From assembly GCA_014239655.1 (NCBI GenBank), contig JAAZYM010000078.1:39564-103563 (forward strand): DNA of 64,000 nt. Reading direction: 5' to 3'. Made by a program: the position numbers and the translations under genes. Source of the DNA: Flavobacteriales bacterium. Its GTDB lineage: Bacteria > Bacteroidota > Bacteroidia > Flavobacteriales > BACL11. The notes beneath the pieces were generated by a model. The model was not told where the DNA came from. It worked only from the letters and a program-made list of their open reading frames with translations, and searched no databases. Below, in pieces: positions 50,955 through 60,624 of this stretch (position 1 is its first letter; every line of letters starts with the position of its first letter).

Positions 50955-53900
50955 ATGGAATCATTTAAAAAATTTAACAATATTATTGGATGGTCAGTAT
51001 TTGCTATTGCATCTTTTGTTTATCTTTCCACAATAGAACAGACAGTTAGCTTTTGGGATTGCGGAGAGTATATTGCTACTGCATACAAGCTTGAGGTTGG
51101 CCACCCCCCCGGAGCTCCATTATTTCAGATGTTAGGTAGGCTGTTTTCATTATTTGCTGAGCCAGGAACTAGCCAAGTAGCTGTAGCGGTAAATATTATG
51201 TCCGCATTGTGCAGTTCATTTACTATCCTTTTTCTTTTCTGGACAATTACTGCATTTGGAAGAAGAATCTCTTCTTTCAATGTAGAGAAAGAAGAAGACC
51301 CTTTCAAAATGATAGCTATACTTGCTGCCGGTGTTGTTGGTGCATTAACTTATACTTTCTCTGATTCATTTTGGTTCTCTGCTGTTGAGGGAGAAGTTTA
51401 TGCAATGTCATCATTTTTTACAGCGATAACATTTTGGTGTATCCTAAAATGGGAGGAAGAATCGGATCAACCCTCTTCAAATAGATGGCTAATCTTAATC
51501 GCATATCTTATTGGACTATCAATAGGGGTTCATTTACTAAGTTTACTTACGATTCCAGCTATGGGAATGATATATTATTACAAAAAATACAAATACACTA
51601 AAATAAATGCAATAAAAGCATTTATAATTTCAATGGCAATCTTAGGATTTGTACAGGGGATAATTATACCTAGTGCAGTAGGCTTAATCTCTTCATTTGA
51701 ATTATTCTTTGTAAATACAGTGGGGCTTCCTTTTAATTCAGGAAGTATTATATACCTCATAACAATAATTGGTCTCATCACATTTGGACTCATCTACACC
51801 AGAAAAAACAATAAACCTTTAATGAACAGTATAGTGCTTTCATTTATGATGCTACTAATAGGTTATTCTTCATTTGCTATACTAGTTGTTAGGTCTAATG
51901 CTAACCCTCCAATTGATGAAAACAACCCTGAAGATGCTGTTGGATTATTATCATATCTAAAAAGAGAACAATATGGAAGTTGGCCTATTGTATACGGACA
52001 ATACTTTAATGCAAAATTAGATAATAAAAAACCTTATCTAGATGGAAATCCTACTTATGCTAAAGATGACAAAAAGGGAAAATACATTATCATTGATGAT
52101 CGTAAAAAATCTATACCTAACTTTAGTGCAAAATACAAAACATTCTTTCCAAGAATGTGGAGTAACACTCAAAGTAGACATGCTGCAGGTTATAAACAAT
52201 GGGCAGGATTAAGAAATACAGAACGAACTCCAACTTTTAGTCAAAACTTAAAATTCTTTTTTAATTATCAGATTGGTTGGTCATACTTAAGATATTTTAT
52301 GTGGAATTTTGCAGGAAGACAGAATGATTATATGAATATGGATGGAAACTCATTACATGGAAATTGGGAAAGTGGAATTTCATTCATTGATAATTTAAGA
52401 CTAGGAACCCCTTCTGACACTATCAGTCCGGATCACCTAAAGAACAATAAAGCAAAAAACCATTATTATTTCTTACCACTGATACTAGGTTTAATTGGAA
52501 TGCTTTTTCATTTCAAGAAACATAATCAAGATGCTTTAGTTGTATTGCTGTTCTTTTTATTTACTGGTGTATTAATAATCATATATCTTAATGTTGTTCC
52601 TTTCCAACCAAGAGAAAGGGATTATGCTTATGTAGGGTCCTTTTATGCTTTCTCAATATGGGTGGGTATTGGACTACTTGGAATATATGATTTCTTAAAA
52701 CAAAAAACCAATGCTAAAACAAGTATTATAGCAGCATCAACTATTTCAATGCTAATGGCCCCAATCTTATTAGCAGCAGAAAATTGGGATGATCATGATA
52801 GATCTGGAAGATATACTGCACTAGAAGTAGCCAAAAACTACCTCAATTCATGCGCAAAAAATGCTATTCTATTTACAAATGGAGATAACGACACCTTTCC
52901 TTTATGGTATGCTCAAGAGGTTGAAGGAATCCGTACCGATATTAAGGTTGTCAATCTATCACTATTTAATACTGACTGGTATATTGATCAAATGAAAAGA
53001 GCTTCATATGAAGCTGCTCCAATACCTTCATCATTAGAACATGACGACTATAGAAGAGGTACACGAGATTACACTCCTATCCAAGAAAAATTTAAAGAAT
53101 TTAAAGAAGTTGGTCAAGTTGTTAAATTTATAAACAGCAAGAATACTAAGGCAATGCTTAATACATCTTCTGGATTAAGAAACTACTGTCCAACTAAAAA
53201 ACTAAAACTTACAGTTGACAAAGAAAAAGCAAAACAATTTGTTCCTGTTGAATATCACAATGAAATTGTAAATGAAATTAAATGGAAAATATCTGGAAAT
53301 GGTATTTACAAAAATAAATTAATGGTATTAGATATACTAGCTAATTTTAACTGGGATAGACCTATTTACTTTGCAATTACAGTTGGAAGAGATAATTTTA
53401 TGGGGCTAGAGAAATACTTCCAGCTTGAAGGATTAGCATATAGATTAGTTCCATACATTTCAAACTCTACTGATGGACAAACCGGCGCAATAAATACTGA
53501 AGTAATGTATGAAAATCTGATAAATAGATTTAAATGGGGAGGCTTAAATAACTCTGAATTATACTTTGACGAGACCAATACCCGAATGGTTATGAACTAT
53601 AGAAACAACTACGCCAGATTAGCTGAAAATCTATTTACTAAGAAAGATACTCTAAGAGCAATAGAAGTGCTTGATAAATGTATATCTGAATTTCCAAGAG
53701 AAGTAGTAAGCTTAACATACTTTACTATCCCTATAATTGATATTTATTATAAAGCAAAAGAAAATCAAAAAGGAGATGATCTTTTAGCAACAATGATTGA
53801 TGATTATCTAACTGAATACAGATATCTATCTGAATTTAAAAAAGGGAGTGGCTTAAAACAAAACTTCAATATTTGTGGGCAAGTGCTTGGGAGTTTAACT

Positions 53901-54059
53901 AGAGTATTACAACTTCATCGAAGAAACGATGACTCATTTACTTATTCTAAAGAAGATAATACCTTTTACAGATCAAAAGAAGGATCTGATAAAGAAGAAA
54001 TAAATTATTCTTCATATAGAATAAATACATTTCTAGATGAGTTCTATGCTTTACAGTAA
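50955..54059 (+). CDS. DUF2723 membrane glycosyltransferase (GT-C fold, TMEM260-like)
   Basis: SFWDCGEYI, VGHPPGAP, SAVEGEVY, QPRERDY and TNGDNDTFPLWY motifs; multiple TM helices. Confidence 0.9.
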   Translation: MESFKKFNNIIGWSVFAIASFVYLSTIEQTVSFWDCGEYIATAYKLEVGHPPGAPLFQMLGRLFSLFAEPGTSQVAVAVNIMSALCSSFTILFLFWTITAFGRRISSFNVEKEEDPFKMIAILAAGVVGALTYTFSDSFWFSAVEGEVYAMSSFFTAITFWCILKWEEESDQPSSNRWLILIAYLIGLSIGVHLLSLLTIPAMGMIYYYKKYKYTKINAIKAFIISMAILGFVQGIIIPSAVGLISSFELFFVNTVGLPFNSGSIIYLITIIGLITFGLIYTRKNNKPLMNSIVLSFMMLLIGYSSFAILVVRSNANPPIDENNPEDAVGLLSYLKREQYGSWPIVYGQYFNAKLDNKKPYLDGNPTYAKDDKKGKYIIIDDRKKSIPNFSAKYKTFFPRMWSNTQSRHAAGYKQWAGLRNTERTPTFSQNLKFFFNYQIGWSYLRYFMWNFAGRQNDYMNMDGNSLHGNWESGISFIDNLRLGTPSDTISPDHLKNNKAKNHYYFLPLILGLIGMLFHFKKHNQDALVVLLFFLFTGVLIIIYLNVVPFQPRERDYAYVGSFYAFSIWVGIGLLGIYDFLKQKTNAKTSIIAASTISMLMAPILLAAENWDDHDRSGRYTALEVAKNYLNSCAKNAILFTNGDNDTFPLWYAQEVEGIRTDIKVVNLSLFNTDWYIDQMKRASYEAAPIPSSLEHDDYRRGTRDYTPIQEKFKEFKEVGQVVKFINSKNTKAMLNTSSGLRNYCPTKKLKLTVDKEKAKQFVPVEYHNEIVNEIKWKISGNGIYKNKLMVLDILANFNWDRPIYFAITVGRDNFMGLEKYFQLEGLAYRLVPYISNSTDGQTGAINTEVMYENLINRFKWGGLNNSELYFDETNTRMVMNYRNNYARLAENLFTKKDTLRAIEVLDKCISEFPREVVSLTYFTIPIIDIYYKAKENQKGDDLLATMIDDYLTEYRYLSEFKKGSGLKQNFNICGQVLGSLTRVLQLHRRNDDSFTYSKEDNTFYRSKEGSDKEEINYSSYRINTFLDEFYALQ

Positions 54060-54065
54060 ATTATT

Positions 54066-54677
54066 TTGTTTGTAAAGACGCCAACAGGTTTAGCGAAATT
54101 TCTTTTTCCATCTATGATCTGGAAAAATAAAACCACTGAAAAAAAGATATGGTTAACTTTTGATGATGGCCCAGATGAGATAGTTACTGTCTTCTTATTA
54201 TCCGTTTTAAGAAAATTAAAAATCAAAGCAACGTTTTTTCTTATTGGAAAACAAGTAAAGAAGCATCCTATAATCACAAAAAAAATATTAGATGCTGGTC
54301 ATTATATTGGAAATCATTCCTATTCCCACATAAACGGCTTCCTCAAATCAAAAAAAGAATATGTTAGTGATGTTGATCGAGCAAATTATCTTATAGATTC
54401 TAAAATATTCAGGCCTCCATATGGAAAGATCCGGCCTATCCAATTAAGACATCTTAAAAAGAAATACAAAATAATCATGTGGGATATCCTTAGTTGGGAT
54501 TTTAAAAAAAATATATCTTCAGAGAGACTATACAAGAATGTTATTGATAATGTAGAGAACGGCTCCATTATTGTTTTTCATAACAATATGAAAAGCTATA
54601 AAAACTTAAAACAAAATCTAGAGAATATATTATTAAAATTACAAAAAGAAGGATATACTTTTTCTACTACTTGGTAG
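54066..54677 (+). CDS. Polysaccharide deacetylase (CE4/NodB)
   Basis: LTFDDGP, GNHSYSH, FRPPYG and IIVFH motifs. Confidence 0.93.
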   Translation: MFVKTPTGLAKFLFPSMIWKNKTTEKKIWLTFDDGPDEIVTVFLLSVLRKLKIKATFFLIGKQVKKHPIITKKILDAGHYIGNHSYSHINGFLKSKKEYVSDVDRANYLIDSKIFRPPYGKIRPIQLRHLKKKYKIIMWDILSWDFKKNISSERLYKNVIDNVENGSIIVFHNNMKSYKNLKQNLENILLKLQKEGYTFSTTW

Positions 54678-55440
54678 CAATACAAAAATAATCAAGACAA
54701 TTATCTGTTAAATCTTGAATTGCATAATCCTCAACCTTAACAGAATCAACTATACTCTCGTTGTTAGCTTTTAATTTATTTCTATTGAACCTATTTAATA
54801 TATCATATGGGACTTTTAAAATCCATCTAGGCATAATGTACTGTAAATTAAAAATGTCAAACTTTGTTATCTTAGATACGGACTCCTTGTTTTTACTATA
54901 ATACTCCATGACTACATCATTTCCATAGACACCTTTAACAGTAAGATTATGAAAATATTTTCTTAAAATATTTTTCATTTCAGAAGGCCTATATTCTCTT
55001 ATATGCCATGGATTTCGGGACAATGACATGAGTTTATTTGGTGTAGTAAGAAGTAGTTTTCCTCCGGGTTTTAAAACCCTATATATTTCTTCAAGAAAAT
55101 AATTGTCATCTTGGATATGCTCTATTACCTGAAAGGTAACTACAAAATCAATACTATTAGCTTCTATATTTTCCAATGGTGGAATTTCCATCTTATAAAA
55201 AACAATGTCATTATCTTTCTTTATTTCATCAGATATAAAAGTATCAAACTTATCTACTCCAATATACTTATCTGAAAATTTAGCCAACTCTTTAATTCCA
55301 TACCCTTCGCCGCATCCTATCTCTAGTACCGTTCCATTTATTAATGTAGCCGCCTCTTTATATGCTACCATATGTCTTTGAAAAATAACATTCTCAGAAG
55401 GGTCTAAATGTGAGCTTCTCTCTGCTGTCTGTATTGCCAT
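54667..55440 (-). CDS. Class I SAM-dependent methyltransferase
   Basis: VLEIGCGEGYG, FQVIEH and RVLKPGG motifs. Confidence 0.92.
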   Translation of the reverse strand: MAIQTAERSSHLDPSENVIFQRHMVAYKEAATLINGTVLEIGCGEGYGIKELAKFSDKYIGVDKFDTFISDEIKKDNDIVFYKMEIPPLENIEANSIDFVVTFQVIEHIQDDNYFLEEIYRVLKPGGKLLLTTPNKLMSLSRNPWHIREYRPSEMKNILRKYFHNLTVKGVYGNDVVMEYYSKNKESVSKITKFDIFNLQYIMPRWILKVPYDILNRFNRNKLKANNESIVDSVKVEDYAIQDLTDNCLDYFCIATK

Positions 55441-55473
55441 ATAAAATCTATCTAATTTACAAAAATAATAAAA

Positions 55474-56241
55474 CTAATTTGCTAATTCTAGAAGAACTGG
55501 GCAGTGATCAGAATGCCTGGCCTTAGAAAGAATAGCAGACCTATTAAATATTTTTCCTAATAAATCAGACATCATTATATAATCAATCCTCCAGCCTAGA
55601 TTTTTAGCACGTGCATTAGCACGATAACTCCACCAAGTATACTGATGAGGCTCTTGATTGTTAATTCGGAATGAATCAAGAAAACCTCTAGCCATAAATC
55701 CAGTCATCCATTCTCTCTCTACAGGTAAAAAACCTGACATATTTTTGTTTCTAATAGGATTATGAATATCTATTGACTTATGACAAATATTAAAATCACC
55801 GCAGATTATTAAATTAGGAACCTGCTTTCTAAGTTGTAATATATATGTTTCAAATAATTTAAGAAACCTTATTTTAAAAGATTGTCTAAGATCTCCACTG
55901 CTTCCTGATGGAAAATACACACTCATTACAGAGTAATCTTCATAATATATTCGGATTACCCTGCCCTCATAATCAATATCATCAATCCCACAGCCATATT
56001 CTACATGATCTGGTTTCTGCTTGCAAAGAATAGCAACACCACTATAACCTGGCTTACAAGCAGAATGAACATAGCATTTATAACCATTTTTTTGAAATAG
56101 CATGCTATCAAATTGCTCTGGCATAGCCTTGATTTCCTGTAGACATACAATATCTGGATCTATAGATGCCAGCCAACCAACTAAATCCTTTTTAATAGCA
56201 GCTCTAATACCATTAATATTATATGTTATAATCTTAGTGAT
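55474..56241 (-). CDS. xth: Exodeoxyribonuclease III / AP endonuclease, extended beyond the ORF-track call to a probable ATC start
   Basis: In-frame upstream extension TKIITYNINGIRAA...PDIVCLQEIK, then GYSGV, EGRVI, GDFN, WRIDY and SDHCP. Confidence 0.92.
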   Translation of the reverse strand: MTKIITYNINGIRAAIKKDLVGWLASIDPDIVCLQEIKAMPEQFDSMLFQKNGYKCYVHSACKPGYSGVAILCKQKPDHVEYGCGIDDIDYEGRVIRIYYEDYSVMSVYFPSGSSGDLRQSFKIRFLKLFETYILQLRKQVPNLIICGDFNICHKSIDIHNPIRNKNMSGFLPVEREWMTGFMARGFLDSFRINNQEPHQYTWWSYRANARAKNLGWRIDYIMMSDLLGKIFNRSAILSKARHSDHCPVLLELAN

Positions 56242-56242
56242 A

Positions 56243-57136
56243 CTACCGAAGTCTAAATTCTGACTCTGTTATATAAACATCATCTATAAATAATTTCACA
56301 ATATAATTTCCTTCAATTAAAGGAATATATCTCTGCCAATCAATACAAACAAATAACTGCTGATTCTTATATTCAACATTAGTTTTTGTTGAAAACATTA
56401 TTTCTTTCTGATTTAAGATTGTGTCTGAACCAGATAAAATATTATCATTAGGATCAATATATTGTATTAAAACATCTTTACTGCCAGTATCAGCAATAAG
56501 ATTTGCCGCTATATAAAAACATGCCCTTAAAGTCTGGGTCTTCTCAGCAGATCGTGTTGAAACTTCTTTCCCAGTTCCTCTATATCTAAATGGCTCAACA
56601 GAAATATCCATAATCTTTAAGCTTGATCCTTTGTTTACTTTCTCTGATAATTTAATATTAGTCTTGTTTAGCTTATAATTTTTCCAATTGATATTCTTAT
56701 TGACTTTAATAACACTATCCTTTTCAATACTTAATCGCTCCGTAACATAAAAAAGAGAATCTATATCCTTAATATAATTTTGAGATATTCTTTTTAAATT
56801 TTCAATTTTAATTCTAGCCTCTTTTAAATCATTTTTATTTCTAATAAGACTACGAATCTCTACAATCTGCTTTTGAATTAGAGAATCTTTTTGATATAGT
56901 TGATTATTAAGATCCCCATACTCTTCCAATAAATCATCATGCTCATCTATTAAATCATCCAGCTCATCTCTTAATATATTCTTTTGTTCAATAAACTGAA
57001 TCTTCAAATCCATTTGATGTTTCATGCTTTCTTTCTGATAAAAGATAAAGAATATTAGCACGAAAATTATAATAAAAAGAGCTATTAATGCTTTCTTATT
57101 TCTTAATGAACTAATAAAATCAAAAAACTTATTCAT
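56243..57136 (-). CDS. Membrane-anchored coiled-coil protein with C-terminal beta-rich domain
   Basis: N-terminal TM helix, long heptad region, C-terminal strands ending GNYIVKLF. Confidence 0.7.
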   Translation of the reverse strand: MNKFFDFISSLRNKKALIALFIIIFVLIFFIFYQKESMKHQMDLKIQFIEQKNILRDELDDLIDEHDDLLEEYGDLNNQLYQKDSLIQKQIVEIRSLIRNKNDLKEARIKIENLKRISQNYIKDIDSLFYVTERLSIEKDSVIKVNKNINWKNYKLNKTNIKLSEKVNKGSSLKIMDISVEPFRYRGTGKEVSTRSAEKTQTLRACFYIAANLIADTGSKDVLIQYIDPNDNILSGSDTILNQKEIMFSTKTNVEYKNQQLFVCIDWQRYIPLIEGNYIVKLFIDDVYITESEFRLR

Positions 57137-57210
57137 ACTGTAATTATTAAAACATCTTAAAGTAAGTTAATATTGTTTTTACTTCTATTTTTTATTAATA
57201 CAATGATACG

Positions 57211-57239
57211 AAAAACGGAACACTTTAAAAGTATTCCGT
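57211..57239 (-). terminator. Intrinsic terminator after tRNA-Ile2
   Basis: Minus strand ACGGAAUACUU...AAGUGUUCCGU followed by UUUU. Confidence 0.75.
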
Positions 57240-57243
57240 CTAG

Positions 57244-57317
57244 TGGGCCTAGCAGGGCTTGAACCTGCGACCCCTTGATTATGAGTCAAGTGCTCTAACC
57301 AGCTGAGCTATAGGCCC
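57244..57317 (-). tRNA. tRNA with CAT anticodon, probably tRNA-Ile2 (lysidine-modified)
   Basis: GGGCCTATAGCTCAGCTGGTTAGAGCACTTGACTCATAATCAAG...GGTTCAAG...TAGGCCCA. Paired 1:72 and no GGG/CCC anticodon stem rule out the initiator; elongator Met is not fully excluded. Confidence 0.9.
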
Positions 57318-57377
57318 TCCTTTTAAAAAGGATATGCAAAACTATCAAATTTGTTGAATTATATGTAGTTTTATTTT

Positions 57378-57998
57378 ATGAAAAAAATTGAGAATATTAT
57401 TTTTGATTTAGGAAATGTTATTCTAAATATTGACTACAAAAAACCAATTCAAAAATTTATTAAACTTGGATTATCCGATGCCGCGAATCTTTATTCTAAA
57501 TCTTCTCAAATAAAAACATTTGATTTACTTGAAACTGGAAAAATTTCAGAGCAGGAATTTATCTCAGAAATACAAAAACTAATACCAAACGCTACTTCTG
57601 AAGAAATAATTCTCTCATGGAATGCTATTTTAGGAGATCTTCCGGAAAGCAGAATTTTATTATTACAAAAACTAAAAGATAATTTTTCATTATATCTTCT
57701 AAGCAATACAAATTGCATACATATTAAAGAAATTAAAAGGCAACTTGGAAAGAAGGAATATGCTATTTTTTACAATATTTTCAGTAAGGTTTATTATTCT
57801 CATGAAGTTGGAATGAGAAAGCCTAATTCAAACATTTTTAATCTTATCTTAAATGAAAATAATCTGGATCAAAAAAAAACATTATTTATTGATGATTCTA
57901 TACAGCATATTGAAAGTGCTAAAAATATTGGATTACAAACTCACCACTTACTTAAAAGCGAATCTATCGAATCTATTTTTCCTGACATAATTCTATAA
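57378..57998 (+). CDS. HAD family phosphatase
   Basis: FDLGNV, LLSNTN, RKP and FIDD motifs. Confidence 0.92.
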   Translation: MKKIENIIFDLGNVILNIDYKKPIQKFIKLGLSDAANLYSKSSQIKTFDLLETGKISEQEFISEIQKLIPNATSEEIILSWNAILGDLPESRILLLQKLKDNFSLYLLSNTNCIHIKEIKRQLGKKEYAIFYNIFSKVYYSHEVGMRKPNSNIFNLILNENNLDQKKTLFIDDSIQHIESAKNIGLQTHHLLKSESIESIFPDIIL

Positions 57999-58371
57999 GA
58001 ACACCTAAAGTGTCTTTAGGATGTAAAAAACAGATAAGTTTATTGTCTGCCCCTTCTTTTGGGATTTCATTTAATACTCTTATGCCTTCTTTCTTTATGC
58101 GCTTAATCTCAAATTGAATATCTGTCACCTTAATAGCAATATGGTGGATTGAGCTACTATTTTTTTCTAAAAACCTTGAAATTGCATGATTCTTATTGCC
58201 CGATTCTATTAACTCTATCTTCGAATCTCCTAAATCAAAAAAAGAAGTTATTACATCCTCAGATTCAACATATTCAGTTTTATAATTTACTCTTCCTAAA
58301 ATAGATTTAAAAATAGAATTAGCTTCCTCTATATCTTTAACTGCAATGCCAATATGTTCAATATTTTCCAC
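57973..58371 (-). CDS. mce: Methylmalonyl-CoA epimerase
   Basis: IEHIGIAV, KIELIE, IHHIA and FLHPK..GVLIELC motifs. Confidence 0.9.
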   Translation of the reverse strand: MENIEHIGIAVKDIEEANSIFKSILGRVNYKTEYVESEDVITSFFDLGDSKIELIESGNKNHAISRFLEKNSSSIHHIAIKVTDIQFEIKRIKKEGIRVLNEIPKEGADNKLICFLHPKDTLGVLIELCQEK

Positions 58372-58373
58372 TA

Positions 58374-59330
58374 CTAGAATATCCAGAAATTTGTATGGCG
58401 ATTATGTTGAATTGCAGGTAACTGAAAAGATATAATGAATTCATGTGTCCCATAATTATAATTCATAATCTCACCCGTTAGCTGATGATCATAAGAGTAT
58501 CCAACATGCATTCTATTTGATTTAAATCCAAAACTAAATGAGAGTGTTCCGTCAGATCTATAACCACATCCCATCCAATTATGATTTAAATATTTTACTC
58601 TTGTAACAAAGTCTATAATTTGCTTTTGATCAATAGCATCCCTCAATAATAATATTGGCTCTACACTCCAATCATTATTAATAATATCAATGTTATATGA
58701 AGCAAATGAATAAAAACTCATAATTTGTATGTTGTTTCCAAAACTTGTCTTGCCAACCGATTGATTAGACTGTGAAAGAACTTCAGCATTAAAGGGTGAT
58801 TGTAACATATTCAAACATGAAAACCCCAATGACAAACGTTCATTATACAAATAAACTCCTGATGAGAGATCATATGAAATAGAGGTGAATGTAGATGCAG
58901 AGAAAGCAGGGTCTTGATTCTCTGGAAGATCTTCAAGATCAAAATTTAATGAATAATATAAGAGACTAGGTGCAATCCCAAAAGACAAAAAGGTGCGATT
59001 AGAATTTAAAGGCACATGAAAAGCATATGATAACTTTAAATCTGTTTTTACTGATGGATTCGTATTTTCAAAGCTAAAAACAGCTCCTAATGCAGAATTT
59101 TGATTAACTAATTCATGATAACTAATAGTTGTAGTAAATGGTGCGTCTTCAAAACCTAACCATTGCTGACGGGTCTGAATTACTAATGGATTATATGTTT
59201 TGCTTCCACTTACTGCTGGATTATAAACTATCTCATTATTAAAAAATTGACTATATATAGTCTGTTGTTGAGCCTTAACAACTGTTATAGAAAAAACAAT
59301 AACTATGAAGATAATAATATAATTTCTCAT
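58374..59330 (-). CDS. PorP/SprF-family T9SS outer membrane protein
   Basis: SQFF.N...YNPAVSG, RQQWLGFEDAP and GYSYD...GTHE motifs. Confidence 0.9.
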   Translation of the reverse strand: MRNYIIIFIVIVFSITVVKAQQQTIYSQFFNNEIVYNPAVSGSKTYNPLVIQTRQQWLGFEDAPFTTTISYHELVNQNSALGAVFSFENTNPSVKTDLKLSYAFHVPLNSNRTFLSFGIAPSLLYYSLNFDLEDLPENQDPAFSASTFTSISYDLSSGVYLYNERLSLGFSCLNMLQSPFNAEVLSQSNQSVGKTSFGNNIQIMSFYSFASYNIDIINNDWSVEPILLLRDAIDQKQIIDFVTRVKYLNHNWMGCGYRSDGTLSFSFGFKSNRMHVGYSYDHQLTGEIMNYNYGTHEFIISFQLPAIQHNRHTNFWIF

Positions 59331-60433
59331 TAGCGCACAATTGTTAGTGTTCCTTTAAATACACCCCCTATATCATCAATACTAATTACATAATAATAGG
59401 TCGCTGAGGGTAAAATATTTCCATGCATGTCGACACCTTTAAAAGCATCATCTATAGAATTTATGTAATTTCTTCTTCTATATACTTGATAACCACTCTT
59501 TGAATAAATCTCTACCAAAGCCTGAGGGTATATATGAATATCTATAATCTCCCAAATATCATTTATTCCATCATTATTTGGTGAGAATACTTTTGTTGGT
59601 GACAAACAAACATTGTAATCTGGTTTTATCTCAACAGTATCTTGAGTAAGACAGCCATTGTTATCAGTTATACTAACATAGTATATATCAGGAGACAGTT
59701 CTTTAATACAAGAATATGAAGAGTCTTCATAAATTTCAGAATAATCATTAGACCATGAAAATAAGAATGGAGGATTACCCTCACTAACATAAACTCGTGC
59801 TTCTCCAGATTTATCATCTACACATATTACACCTACAGAAGATGTAAAAGTTTGCATAGATGGAATTGGATTGATCTTCAAGTATTTTGTTCTTAAACAA
59901 CCATTTACATCAATAATAGTTAGAGAATAAGGAAGTAACGGATTAGGTTGTAGGTTGTTTATGTTTCTGGATGTATCTCCAGTTGACCAGAGTGTAGAAT
60001 AGGGAGGTGTCCCACCAAAAATACTTGTAAGTACATCTGCAGAATCCATCTCATTACATTGACCAGTTAACTGAAATTCGGCATTAATCTCAAATACTTG
60101 CTCAATTCTTATAGTATCTAGAGGGTTGCCAAATATATCTAAGTTAGAGCATAATTCCTGTGAACTAGTGTCTCCTGGAATTATATTACTTACTATAGTT
60201 AAAGTATAATCCCCAGCAAACAATCCAGATAAATTCTTTGAATTACTTGTAAATCCATTAGGACCATTCCACCAAAATGAAATATTAGGATCAGTAAAGC
60301 TAACATCAATAGAGCCTGTATTATCTGAATAGCAATTTACATGCGAATAACTATCAAGTGTAAACTGACACTGTGCTATTAACTGATTTTGAGTTAAAAT
60401 AGAAAACAAAAGTAAAAAAACAAACTGTCTCAT
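59330..60433 (-). CDS. T9SS type B (gliding-motility C-terminal domain) cargo with SprB-like repeats
   Basis: GGTPPYSTLWS and GNPPFLFSWS repeats; CTD FSPNNDGIND...LPSATYYY...GTLTIVR. Confidence 0.88.
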   Translation of the reverse strand: MRQFVFLLLFSILTQNQLIAQCQFTLDSYSHVNCYSDNTGSIDVSFTDPNISFWWNGPNGFTSNSKNLSGLFAGDYTLTIVSNIIPGDTSSQELCSNLDIFGNPLDTIRIEQVFEINAEFQLTGQCNEMDSADVLTSIFGGTPPYSTLWSTGDTSRNINNLQPNPLLPYSLTIIDVNGCLRTKYLKINPIPSMQTFTSSVGVICVDDKSGEARVYVSEGNPPFLFSWSNDYSEIYEDSSYSCIKELSPDIYYVSITDNNGCLTQDTVEIKPDYNVCLSPTKVFSPNNDGINDIWEIIDIHIYPQALVEIYSKSGYQVYRRRNYINSIDDAFKGVDMHGNILPSATYYYVISIDDIGGVFKGTLTIVR

Positions 60434-60466
60434 CTATTTGGTATAATTATAATGGCAAATATAAAG

Positions 60467-60496
60467 AAAAAATGCTCGCTTTAAAGCGAGCATTTT
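60467..60496 (-). terminator. Intrinsic terminator after tRNA-Cys
   Basis: aaaatgctcgct-ttaa-agcgagcatttt perfect inverted repeat with U tract on the minus strand. Confidence 0.85.
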
Positions 60497-60497
60497 G

Positions 60498-60568
60498 AGG
60501 TATCGAGCGGATTCGAACCGCTGTAGATGGTGTTGCAGACCACTGCCTAACCGCTCGGCCACGATACC
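60498..60568 (-). tRNA. tRNA-Cys(GCA)
   Basis: GGTATCGTGGCCGAGCGGTTAGGCAGTGGTCTGCAACACCATCTACAGCGGTTCGAATCCGCTCGATACCT folds as a cloverleaf. Confidence 0.96.
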
Positions 60569-60624
60569 TTTTTAAAAGAACAAATTTAAATATTCATAAG
60601 TATATAGCAAAATCCCATTAAAAA

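Noticed and set aside
55474-56124. xth as an N-terminally truncated pseudogene
   Set aside because: The missing N-terminus is present, in frame and conserved upstream; only the start codon is atypical.
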